DNA of 64,000 bases from Octopus sinensis (taxonomy: Eukaryota), in NCBI RefSeq assembly GCF_006345805.1, contig NC_043025.1, positions 11,532,001-11,596,000 on the forward strand, in the 5' to 3' direction. How positions within the stretch are numbered: the stretch's first letter is position 1; every line of letters begins with the position of its first letter. A model generated the notes under the pieces. The model was not told the DNA's origin. It saw only the letters and a program-made list of their open reading frames with translations, and did not search any database. The position numbers and the translations under genes were made by a program. Below are positions 12,089 through 23,899 of this stretch, one piece after another.

Positions 12089-13195
12089 AGGAGTGACTGT
12101 GTGGTAAGTAGCTTGCTTACCAACCACATGGTTCCGGGTTCAGTCCCACTGCGTGGCACCTTGGGCAAGTGTCTTCTACTATAGCCTCGGGCCGACCTAT
12201 GCCTCATGAGTGGATTTGGTAGACGGAAACTGAAAGAAGCCCATCGTATATATATAGGTGCAAGAGTGGCTGTGTGGTAAGTAGCTTGCTTACCAACCAC
12301 ATGGTTCAGGGTTCAGTCCCACTGCATGGCATCTTGGGCAAGTGTCTTCTACTATAGCCTCGGGCCGACCAAAGCTTTATGAGTGGATTTGGTAGACAGA
12401 AACTGTAAGAAGCCCGCCGTATATATGTATATATATATGTATATGTATATGTGTGTGTGTATGTTTGTGTCTGTGTTTGTCCTTCCACCATCGCTTGACA
12501 ACTGATGCTGGTGTGTTTACGTCCCCGTAACTTAGCGCTTCAGCAAAAGAGACTGATACAGTAAGTACTAGGCTTACAAAGAATAAGTTCTGGGATACAT
12601 ATGCTCGACTAAAAAGGCAGTGCTCCAGCATGGTCACAGTCAAATGACTGAAACAAGTAAACGACTACATGTACATATCATCTTTTCCTATAACTTTTAC
12701 TTGTTTCAAGCATTAAACGGTGGCCATGCTGGAGCACCGCCTTGAGGAATTTTTAATCAAAAGAATTAACTCCAGTACCTTTATTTCTCTTTTTTAAGCC
12801 TGGTACTTATTCTATTGGTCTCTTTTGCCGAACCACTAAGTTACAGGGATGTAAACACACCAACACTGGTTGTCAAGTGTTGTTGGAGGACAAACACAGA
12901 CACAAGATACATAGATTTCCCTCTACCAAATCCACTCACAAGGCTTTGGTCAACTCAAGGCTATAGTAGAAGACACTTGCCGAAGGTGCCATGCAGTGGG
13001 ACTGAACCCGGAACCATGTGGTTTGTAAGCAAGCTGAAAGCTAAAGTTTCCATTTATGTCTGCGATGCTTTGTAGAAATATTTTGGTCGACCCGAGGCTG
13101 TAGTAGAAAACACTTGTCCAAGGTGCCACGCAGTGGGACTGAACCCAGAACCATGAAGCTGGGAACCAAAGTTCTTAACACACAGCTACGCTGGC
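12088..13195. mobile_element. Cluster of SINE A copies in both orientations
   Basis: Plus copies ~12088-12665; minus copies ~12695-13195. Confidence 0.85.
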
Positions 13196-13249
13196 TCCTG
13201 TAGCTGTAGCTGGGTAAAATTGTAGCTGGGTAAAATTGTTTGGACAAAG

Positions 13250-14997
13250 GCATCAAGTTCTTTGTGAGCCGCTCTCCGGTTATCTATCTGTGGCTTTATA
13301 CAGCTATTGTAAGACCTCACCTGGAATTTGCATCACCGGTCTGGAACCCCTATCTTGCCCAGGATATTAATCGTCTGGAAGCCGCTCAGCGACGTGCAAC
13401 CAAGAGAATACCCACCATCAGGCATTTGCCATATCCTGAACGCCTTACTTCCCTGGGCATGGACACATTGAAACTCCGACGTCTGGCAGCTGACTTGGCA
13501 GACACCCATAAAATTATCAACCATCGTACAAACAATAACTCTGAGCACCTTTTCAAACTCCACCCGTCTAACACCCGGGGACATATTTACAAAGTCAGAA
13601 AACAGCACAGCTCCCATGACTTTAGGAAACATTTTTTCACGCTGAGAGTTGCTGAAGCATGGAACAAACTGCCGGCATCAGTTGTTAGTTGTCGGAGCAC
13701 TGCATCCTTAAAAACTTCCATGCTTTCTGAGATTCGCCAACACTACACCTGATCTTCTCTCCTCCAAACACACTCTGAACCATGGAACAAACTGCCGGCA
13801 TCAGTTGTTAGTTGTCGGAGCACTGCATCCTTCAAAACTTCCATGCTTCCTGAGATTCGCCAACACTACACCTGATCTTCTCCCCTCCATACACACGCTG
13901 AAGCATGGAACAAACTGCCGGCATCAGTTGTTAGTTGTCGGAGCAATGCATCCTTCAAAACTTTCATGCTTCCTGAGATTCGCCACACTACACCTGATCT
14001 CTCCCCTCCATACACACGCTGAAGCATGGAACAAACTGCCGGCATCAGTTGTTAGTTGTCGGAGCACTGCATCCTTAAAAACTTCCATGCTTCCCTAGAT
14101 TCGCCAACACTACACCTGATCTTCTCCCCTCATACACACGCTGAAGCATGGAACAAACTGCCGGCATCAGTTGTTAGTTGTCGGAGCACTGCATCCTTCA
14201 AAACTTCCATGCTTCCTGAGATTCGCCAACACTACACCTGATCTTCTCCCCTCCATACACACGCTGAAGCATGGAACAAACTGCCGGCATCAGTTGTTAG
14301 TTGTCGGAGCAATGCATCCTTCAAAACTTTCATGCTTCCTGAGATTCGCCAACACTACACCTGATCTTCTCCCCTCCATACACACGCTGAAGCATGGAAC
14401 AAACTGCCGGCATCAGTTGTTAGTTGTCGGAGCACTGCATCCTTAAAAACTTCCATGCTTCCCTAGATTCGCCAACACTACACCTGATCTTCTCCCCTCC
14501 ATACACACGCTGAAGCATGGAACAAACTGCCGGCATCAGTTGTTAGTTGTCAGAGCACTGCATCCTTCAAAACTTTCATGCTTTCTGAGATTCGCCAAAA
14601 CTACACCTGATTTTCTCCTCCCCTCCATACACACACTGAAGCATGGAACAAACTGCCGGCATCAGTTGTTAGTTGTCGGAGCACTGCATCCTTCAAAACT
14701 TCCATGCTTTCTGAGATTCGCCAAAACTACACCTGATCTTCTCCCCTCCATACACACGCTGAAGCATGGAACAAACTGCCGGCATCAGTTGTTAGTTGTC
14801 GGAGCACTGCATCCTTCAAAACTTCCATGCTTTCTGAGATTCGCCAAAACTACACCTGATTTCCTCCCCTCCATACACACAAGCAAGCATGTATCTGACT
14901 CATACATTGTTCGCTTTCCAGGCTTTATACTCACTTTCTGACAAGTTGTGGTGCACCTGAGCACTGTATACAATAATTTCATTATTATTATTATTTC
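13250..14997 (+). mobile_element. CR1/L2-like LINE 3' end (RT C-terminus plus UTR) with ~10 tandem copies of the ~123-bp ORF end
   Basis: LYTAIVRPHLEFASPVWNPY...RLEAAQRRATK...FFTLRVAEAWNKLP; repeats at 13650-14880; tail gtgcacctgagcactgtatacaat followed by (ATT)n. Confidence 0.92.
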
Positions 14998-15737
14998 AGG
15001 CATGAGAAAATAAAAGCAGAAGCCATCAGAAAGTGACAGGTGTCCGATTGAATGGGGTACAGTGGGGTGACCATGAGAATGCTGGATCAGGTGACGAGGA
15101 AGGCTGAAAGTGACAGGTGATGAAGAGTGGGTGGCTGGGTGGTCGTTGTAGAGTGATGGAAATGAACGTGGGAGCAAGTCCAGGAAAGGGGGGAATGTAT
15201 CGCGGGGGGGGATGTATCGGGGGGGGTGTATCTGGAGGGGGTGTATCGTGGGTGGGGTAGGGGGTGACATGACTAGAGGTGATGAAAGGACTGCTGCAAA
15301 CGAGGGCAGATGTAGGGGACAGGGTGGAAATGAAGAGGAATGTTAAAAAGGAAGGGGTGGGGGGAGCATATGGCCTCAACACATTTTCAGTGTTGTTGTG
15401 GTTGTTGTTGTGCTTAAAAAAGTCACTGCCCTACAATATTTCCCCCCCCTCACCGCAACAATGTATGGCAGGGAGGCGGGGGGGAATGCGTAACGACTAC
15501 AATTATTATTAATTACAATATTTTTAAGTAACTCCGCTTTTGCTTGCAGGTCGCAAAACCTGTTTATGCTTAAGCAGACACACATATATATATATTATAT
15601 ATATATATATATATTATATGTATATATATCTATATGTATATAGTATATATATATATATTGTATATATGTATATATATATATATATATATAGTGAATTGAA
15701 GAAATGGAGTTGAACGAAGATTGAACAGAAATCGTTT

Positions 15738-15830
15738 TATTTCATTCTACACGTGTTTCGAAAGGCACAATTTACCAAATTCCGATTGAATAATGAGACC
15801 ATATTGTGTCTTTCTCTTCAGGAAGAAATA
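15738..15830 (-). ncRNA. Type I hammerhead ribozyme (predicted, mirror copy)
   Basis: Reverse complement keeps CTGAAGA (15821-15815), GAAA, CACGTG-TA and helix I. Confidence 0.78.
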
Positions 15831-15977
15831 GGAAATCCGTTGGAAAAAAACAAAAACAGAACAGAGGCAGAGCAAAACAAATCGAATTAGGCTCCTAAGA
15901 GCCCATGGCCAAACCAGCCTAGTTCGATTTGTTTTGCTCCGCCTCTGTTCTGTTTTTGTTTTTTCCAACGGATTTCC

Positions 15978-16068
15978 TATTTCTTCCTGAAGAGAAGACA
16001 CAATATGGTCTCATTATTCAATCGGAATTTAGTAATTGTGCCTTTCGAAACACGTGTAGAATGAAATA
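15978..16068 (+). ncRNA. Type I hammerhead ribozyme (predicted)
   Basis: Helix I tatttc-ttc / gaa-t-gaaata; core CTGAAGA 15987-15993; helix II gaagacacaat / attgtgcctttc; GAAA 16047-16050; palindromic helix III cacgtg; GUA cleavage triplet, cut after 16058. Confidence 0.8.
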
Positions 16069-16381
16069 AAACGATTCTGTTCAATCTTCATTCAACTCCA
16101 TTCTTCAATTCACTAATATATTAAAATTCAATTATCCGCACCACGCACGGTTGCAACACCCATATGGTTGTACCTCCAACCGTGCTGTCTTCTGCTGTGA
16201 TTTTTGCTACCAAGGTATCGGTTAAACTTTTGATTAATCTGCAACAAGATTATTCATCTTTCTATTTCACATAATATATATATATATAATGTATATATAT
16301 ATATATGTGTATATAATATATATATATATATGTATATAATTATATATGATATATATATATATGTATATATATATATATGTG

Positions 16382-16412
<31 letters not shown>

Positions 16413-16517
16413 GTAATTATATATAATATGTATATATATATATATTTATTATATATATATATATATATGTATATATATAGCTACTACACACTTTTTTTCA
16501 CTCCTTGTTTTTTCTGT

Positions 16518-16559
16518 GTCCCTTTCTGTAGAAGAGCGTAGGCTCGAAACGTAAAAGAC
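16518..16559 (+). ncRNA. Minimal variant hammerhead-like motif
   Basis: gt-cc-cttt CTGTAGA-A gagc gtag gctc GAAA CG TA aaag-ac; helices I and II pair, but the core deviates from CUGANGA. Confidence 0.45.
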
Positions 16560-16659
16560 ATTTTTCTATTCCTGAGCGTTATACTAATACATCTGTTTGT
16601 TTTGTACACCATCTGTCTTCATTTTTTGTTTATTTTCCTAAACTCTCCTTATATATACC

Positions 16660-16859
16660 AACCTGGCTCTGGCTCTGAGTACAAATGTCTTGTTTTCATA
16701 AGTTCTGAATTAAAATCTTCCACCAAACCTTAGTCACAATTTATGTTCCTAACACTAGCTGAATGATAACTAAGTTATTTTAATAAATTCTTTGTTATAT
16801 TTAAAATTAATTGAAAGAAACACAGAGCATCTCAGCAGAAATACAGTAACGAAAGGGTT
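16660..16859 (-). mobile_element. Single piggyBac-like MITE copy (family of 10558-11791)
   Basis: Reverse complement of the array unit, ending gtaacgaaagggtta. Confidence 0.85.
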
Positions 16860-16867
16860 ACTCTTTC

Positions 16868-17520
16868 ACTCTTTTACTTGTTTCAGTCATTTGACTGTGG
16901 CCATGCTGGAGCACCGCCTTTAATCGAGCAACTCGACCCCGGGACTTATTCTTTTGTAAGCCCAGTACTTATTCTATCGGTCTCTTTTGCCGAACCGCTA
17001 AGTAACGGGGACATAAACCACCAGCATCAGTTGTCAAGCAATGCTAGGGGGACAACCAGACACACAAACACACACAACGCATATATATATATATATACAT
17101 TATATATATACATATAGAATGACGGGCTTCTTTCAGTTTCCATCTACCAAATCCACTCACAAGGCTTTGGTCAGCCGAGGCTATAGTAGAAAACATTTGC
17201 CCAGGTTGCCACGCAGTGGAACTGAACCTGGAACCATGTGATTGTAAGCAAGCTACTTACCACACAGCCACTCTTGCACCTATATATATATATATATATA
17301 TAATATATATATATATATAATATATATATATATTATATATATATATATTATATTTATATATATATGATTGGCTTCTTTCATTTTCCGTCTACCAATCCAC
17401 TCACAAGGCATTGGTTGGCCCGAGGCTATAGGAAGACACTTGCCCAGGTGCCACGCAGTGGGACTGAACCCGGAACCATTGGTTGGTAAGCAAGCTACTT
17501 ACCACACAGCCACTCCTACA

Positions 17521-17568
<48 letters not shown>

Positions 17569-17752
17569 TATATATATATATATATATATACATATATACG
17601 ACGGGCTTCTTTCAGTTTACGTCTACCAAAACCACTCACAAGGCTTTGGTCGGCCCGGGGCTATAGTAGAAGACACTTGCCCAAGGTGCCACGCAGTGGG
17701 ACTGAACCCGGAACCATGTGGTTGGTAAACAAGCTACTTTACCATACAGCCA
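16868..17752 (-). mobile_element. SINE A copy plus two further 5' halves separated by (TA)n
   Basis: SINE A motifs. Confidence 0.85.
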
Positions 17753-18289
17753 CAAAAAGTAAAAAAAAAGATACCACTGTTTTTGCAACGACAATATCTG
17801 ATGCTGACTCAATGATCCTTCATATATTATTGTAATAACAGCACCATCACCACCACCACCATTCCCATCCACATCCTTATCTTTCACCCTATATTTGCGT
17901 CTTCCATTTCACAACAAGCATGTCTACATTTCTGTTTTATTAATCAGTTAGGCAGAGCCCCGACGCATTTGGCTCAGCTTTCTTCAGGGAAATCCATAAT
18001 TAAACACATCATAATTGGACCAGATCTAATTTAGGTAGGCAGGCAAGAGCATTGCTTTGAAATGACTGGAAGATGTTTACCACTTATTTACGTCAAGCGA
18101 TGCTTACAACTATGTAATCTTCAGGTGGGGGTAGGCATGGATGAGTGGTGAAGAAGATTGTTTTGCAACTACACACACAAATATATACATACAGCCTAGT
18201 GTTTGGGGTGAGGAATTCACAATCTAGACCAGGTGACGTATAGTGTTCTTAAGCAAAACACTTCATCTCATGTTGCATTTCAATCATTT

Positions 18290-18590
18290 TGACACATGGT
18301 ACTCTGATACATGGTACCCTGACACATGGTACCCTGATACATGGTACTGACACATAGTACCTTGCCACATGGTACCCTGATACATGGTACTGACACATAG
18401 TACCTTGCCACATGGTACCCTGACACATGGTACCCTGATGCATGGTACCCTGACACATGGTACCCAGACACATGGTACCCTGATGCACGGTACCCTGATG
18501 CACGGTACCCTGACGCACGGTACCCTGACGCACGGTACCCCGACGCATGATACCCTGACGCATGGTACCCTGATACATGGTACCCTGTTC
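18290..18590. repeat. Minisatellite with mainly 15-bp units (catggtaccctgaca)
   Basis: About 20 copies, most containing GGTACC. Confidence 0.92.
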
Positions 18591-18984
18591 TGTTCAGGCA
18601 AAATCAATCTGAGAGAGTGAGCTAACACACAGCACGTATACATGATCACTATAAACAGACCATTTGTGCAGAGTTTCTGTCTACCAAATTGACTCACAAG
18701 GCTTTGGTCAGCCCAGGGCTGTAGTAGAAGACACATGCCCAAGGTGCCATGCTGTGGGAATGAACCTGAAACCATGTGGTTGGTAAGCAAGCTTTTTACC
18801 ACACAGCCACTCCTGCACCCATAGATGTGTATCCCGTGGCCTATGCCAGGGGTGTAACCAGCCCACTTTATGCGTACCTTTCCCTCATTGGACCCTAAAC
18901 TCTGCTTGCGAAGACCTGTTGAGGCAGGTAAAATTGAAATCAAATTCTATGACTGGTGTCAGTGCTAGTGGAGCACTAAAAGTA

Positions 18985-19325
18985 CCATACGAGCGTGATC
19001 ATTGCCAGAGCAACAAACTGGCCTCCATGCCGGTGTCACATAAAAAGCACCATTCGAGCGTGATCATTGCCAGAGCAACAAACTGGCCTCCATGCCGGTG
19101 TCACATAAAAAGCACCATACGAGCGTGATCATTGCCAGAGCAACAAACTGGCCTCCATGCCGGTGTCACATAAAAAGCACCATTCGAGCGTGATCATTGC
19201 CAGAGCAACAAACTGGCCTCCATGCCGGTGTCACATAAAAAGTACCATACGAGCGTGATCATTGCCAGAGCAACAAACTGGCCTCCATGCCGGTGTCACA
19301 TAAAAAGCACCATTCGAGCGTGATC
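18985..19325 (+). repeat. 65-bp tandem array of a retroposon sub-fragment
   Basis: gagcgtgatcattgccagagc...taaaaagcaccattc about 5 times (18991, 19056...); related to the (GAT)n-tailed family. Confidence 0.9.
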
Positions 19326-20294
19326 GAAAGTGAGTCAGTTGGAGTTCTCAGCAGGAGTCCGTATCAGTTACATGATATGAGTTTGAGTTACCGTCAAGGT
19401 GGACATTTAAAACATTGTCTTGTGGAGCTATCAGCGAAAGCATGACAGACAAGTCAAAGATAATAAAACACAGAATACCGCCACTACATAATACTGGCGA
19501 CAAGAATATTACAGCGCCGACAATAATATATCAGTGGACAAGGATCTCACATAATAACGGTATGTGTGGGTTTATGCATGTTTCCCACCACTGCTTAAAA
19601 AACCAGAGTCAGTGTACCTACATCCGCACAAGTTAGCAGTTCAGCAAAAGAGAATGCTAGAATAAATACCAGGCTTTATATCATCATGATCGTCATTATT
19701 GTTTAACGTCTGCTTTCCATACTGGCAAGGGCCCTATGGTTTGATTGGGGACCGGCAAGCCAGGAGGCTGCACCAAGTTCCAATCCAATCTGACAAGGTT
19801 TCTATAGCTGGATGGCCTTCCTAACACCAACCACTCCGAGATGATTAATAGGGTCGATACATTTGACTAAAATTCTTCACGGTGGTGCTCCATAATGGCC
19901 ACAATCCTATGACTGAAATAAGTAAAAGATAAAAGATGCATCATCATCATTTAACGTCTGCTTACCATGCTAACGTGGGTTGGACGATTTGATTGAGGGC
20001 TGGCGAACCAGATGGCTGCACCAGGCTCCAGTCTTGATCTGGCAGAGTTTCTACAGCTGGATGCCCTTCATAACGCCAACCACTCCAAGAGTGTAGTGGG
20101 TGTTTTTGCGCGCCACCAGCACGGGGCCAGTCAGGCGGTACTGGCAATGACCTCACTTGAATCTTTTACACATGCCACCGGCACAGGTGCCAGTAGGGCG
20201 ATGCTGGTAACGATCCCGTTCAAATGGTGTCTTTTACCTGCCACCGGCACGGAGGCCAGATAGCTGCTCTGGCAACGATCACGCTCGGATGGTG

Positions 20295-20640
20295 CTCCGC
20301 TCACAACATCATAAGCAGAAAGTGTAACCTCTCGAAAGAGCTGTTCTTCACTTCTGCTCCAGAGCGTGGGCTGCGGGGTCACTCCGAAAAGTTCTATCTA
20401 CGACGATTTCATCTCAATTGAAGGAGAGGGGCTTTCTCCATCCGGGTTGCGGGTCCATGGAATAAGCTGCCGGACGAGATAGTGAAGATGCCGACGACCG
20501 CTCGGTTCAAAGTCTCCCTTGACCAGAAATGGCCTGAACTCTTTGTATGACCACCCTCCCTGTACATAACTCCCTGTCCCCTTACATGGCCTTGCTTTTG
20601 CTTTTTGAGCCCATAAAAATTGAATTGAATTGAATTGAAA
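20295..20640 (+). mobile_element. CR1-like LINE family B, 3' end
   Basis: AHNIISRKCNLSKELFF...RRFHLN..WNKLPDEIVKM; same family as 60820-61360; ends in (AATTG)n. Confidence 0.85.
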
Positions 20641-20864
20641 ATACTAGCACGGGGCATGAGTGCCAGTAAGGTGACGCTGGTAACGATCACACTCGAATGC
20701 ACAAACAGATAAATAGACACACACACATGCACATACATAATATCAGTTTCAGTCCTTCGTGTGATCTTAAACACATTTGGCAGCAAGGTGACTCCACTGG
20801 TTTCTGTTGGTTGCGCAGGGGTTTACTCTCGCGTGTTGTTAACCTCTTTCATGCTGGTTATACT

Positions 20865-21100
20865 CTTACTCTTTACTCTTTTACTTGTTTCAGTCATTTG
20901 ACTGTGGCCATGCTGGAGCACAGCCTTTTAGTCGAGCAGATCGACCCCGGGACTTATTCTTTGTAAGCCCAGTACTTATACTATCAGTCTCTTTTGCCGA
21001 ACCGCTAGTAACAGGGACGTAAAACACACCAGCATCGGTTGTCAAGCAATGCTAGAGGGACAAACACAGACACACACACTACATATATATATATATATAT

Positions 21101-21143
<43 letters not shown>

Positions 21144-21310
21144 TACGACCGCTTCTTTCAGTTTTCGTCTACCAAATCCACTCACAAGGCATTGGTCGGT
21201 CCGGGGCTATAGCAGAAGACACTTGCCCAAGATGCCACGCAGTGGGACTGAACCCGGAACCATGTGGTTGGTAAGCAAGCTACTTACCACACAGCCACTC
21301 CTGCGCCTAT
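20865..21310 (-). mobile_element. SINE A, near full length
   Basis: SINE A motifs. Confidence 0.9.
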
Positions 21311-21514
21311 GACTGTTTTGGCATCCAAAGTATGTGACCTGGTAGTTTTAATTTTCGTCCTGTGTCCTTGTGTTGTTCAGTGGTCTTCTGTTGGCTCTCT
21401 TTTGATTATGCGGTCTTGACAATATATTCTCAGTATTTCTCGTGCATAGACACAGGAATGGCTGTGAGATAAGAAGCTTGCTTCCCAACCACATGTTGCA
21501 GTTCAGTCCCATGC

Positions 21515-21614
21515 NNNNNNNNNNNNNNNNNNNNNNNNNNNNNNNNNNNNNNNNNNNNNNNNNNNNNNNNNNNNNNNNNNNNNNNNNNNNNNNNNNNNNN
21601 NNNNNNNNNNNNNN
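21515..21614. other. Assembly gap (100 N)
   Basis: Run of N interrupting a SINE A head. Confidence 1.
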
Positions 21615-21699
21615 GCTGCTACTAGAATAGTTATTTCTGAAGTTGTTGTTTGTGGTGTTTAACCCTGGGAGAACCTCAATCATTCAGATTAGAGATTCA

Positions 21700-23890
21700 A
21701 TAAAAGGCGCTCCAGTCGTGGCTGTCACGTTGGCTCATCGTTCAACACCAGTTTGATCTATGATCAGAGTTGATTTAAAGATTTAATTAAAGGAGATTTA
21801 AGTGCTATTTCGAGCAAGCCTTTGCCACCACGTTGGCTCGCTGTTTAACACCAGGTCGGCTTTCATCGAGCATTCATGCAATAAAAAGCGCTCCACTTGT
21901 GGCTATCACATTGGCTCGTGTTGTCCCTTAGCATCACCAGTTCGACCTACAATCAAAGGTGATTTTGAAAAGGAATTGAAGCGGATTTAACTACTATTTC
22001 GAGCAAGCCTTAACACCACGTAGGCTCGCTATTTAACCCTAGGTTAGCCTTCATCGAGCAGACCTGCAATAAAAAGCGCTCCAATTGTGGCTATCACATT
22101 GGCTCGTGTTCGACCTATAACCAAAGGTGATTTCGAGCAAGCCTTTGCCACCACGTTGGCTCATCGTTTAACACCAGGTCGGCTTTCATCGAGCAGATCT
22201 GCAATAAAAAGCGCTCCAGTTGTGGCTATCACATTGGCTCGTGTTCGACCTATAACCAAAGGTGATTTCGAGCAAGCCTTTGCCACCACGTTGGCTCATC
22301 GTTTAACACCAGGTCGGCTTTCATCGAGCATACATGCAATAAAAAGCGCTCCAGTCGTGGCTGTCACGTTGGCTCATCGTTCGACACCAGTTTGATCTAT
22401 GATCAAGGTTGATTTAAGGATTTAATTAAAGGAGATTTAACTGCTATTTCGAGCAAGCCTTTGCCACCACGATGGCTCGCTGTTTAACACCAGGTCAGCC
22501 TTCATCGAGCAGACCTGCAATAAAAAGCGCTCCAATTGTGGCTATCACATTGGCTCGTGTTGTTCCTTAGCACTACCAGTTCGACCTATAACCAAAGGTG
22601 ATTTCGAGCAAGCCTTTGCCACCACGATGGCTCGCTGTTTAACACCAGGTCAGCCTTCATCGAGCAGACCTGCAATAAAAAGCGCTCCAATTGTGGCTAT
22701 CACATTGGCTCGTGTTCGACCTATAACCAAAGGTGATTTCGAGCAAGCCTTTGCCACCACGTTGGCTCATCGTTTAACACCAGGTCGGCTTTCATCGAGC
22801 ATACATGCAATAAAAAGCGCTCCAGTCGTGCCTGTCACGTTGGCTCATCGTTCGACACCAGTTTGATCTATGATCAAGGTTGATTTAAGGATTTAATTAA
22901 AGGAGATTTAACTACTATTTCGAGCAAGCCTTGACACCACGTTGGCTCGCTATTTAACCCTAGGTCAGCCTTCATCGAGCAGACCTACAATAAAAAGCGC
23001 TCCAGTTGTGGCTATCACATTGGCTCGTGTTGTTCCTTAGCATCACCAGTTCGACCTATAACCAAAGGTGATTTGGGAACGGAATTGAAGCGAATTTAGT
23101 CGCTATGTTATGTAAGCCTTGCTACCACGTTGGCGCGCTATTTAACCCTAGGTCAGCCTTCATCGAGCAGACCTACAATAAAAAGCGCTCCAGTTGTGGC
23201 TATCACATTGGCTCGTCTTGTTCCTTAGCATCACCAGTTCGACCTATAACCAAAGGTGATTTGGGAACGGAATTGACGATTTAGTCGCTATGTTATGTAA
23301 GCCTTGCTACCACGTTACCACGCGCGCTATTTAACCCTAGTCAGCCTTCATCGAGCAGACCTACAATAAAAAGCGCTCCAGTTGTGGCTATCACATTGGC
23401 TCGTGTTGTTCCTTAGCATCACCAGTTCGACCTATAACCAAAGGTGATTTGGGAACGGAATTGAAGCGAATTTAGTCGCTATGTTATGTAAGCCTTGCTA
23501 CCACGTTGGCGCGCTATTTAACCCTAGGTCAGCCTTCATCGAGCAGACCTACAATAAAAAGCGCTCCAGTTGTGGCTATCACATTGGCTCGTGTTGTTCC
23601 TTAACACTACCAGTTCGACCTATAACCAAAGGTGATTTCGAGCAAGCCTTTGCCACCACGTTGGCTCATCGTTTAACACCAGGTCGGCTTATTCGAGCAT
23701 ACATGCAATAAAAAGCGCTCCATTCGTGGCTATCACATTGGCTCGTGTTGTTCCTTAGCACTACCAGTTCGACCTACAATCAAAGGTGATTTGAGGATTA
23801 AATTGAAGGAGACTTAGCTGCTATTTTAAGCAAGCCGTTGGTTCGCTATCTAACCCCAGGTCGGCCTTCGTTGAGCAGACCTGTGATTAA
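21700..23890. repeat. Complex satellite with ~110-180-bp higher-order units
   Basis: Alternating related subunits sharing cac(g/a)ttggctc and caccag.tcg, plus aataaaaagcgctcca. Confidence 0.85.
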
Positions 23891-23899
23891 AGATGCTCC

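Larger units (their letters stand above)
15689..16115. mobile_element. Long palindrome (~200-bp arms, 22-nt loop), probably inverted Penelope-like terminal repeats
   Basis: 15689-15893 is the near-perfect reverse complement of 15916-16115 and each arm carries a hammerhead; PLE assignment is inference, as no RT or GIY-YIG ORF is seen. Confidence 0.7.

Noticed and set aside
13240-13752. Functional reverse transcriptase gene (also 50537-50827, 61049-61651, 62791-63307)
   Set aside because: Only 5'-truncated C-terminal fragments, lacking the catalytic YxDD region and endonuclease
15185-15270. G-run cluster able to form a G-quadruplex
   Set aside because: Explained by a short gtatc-G(n) minisatellite with no functional context
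19415-19636. 73-aa ORF with a GTATGT donor-like site
   Set aside because: No in-frame acceptor or recognisable domain
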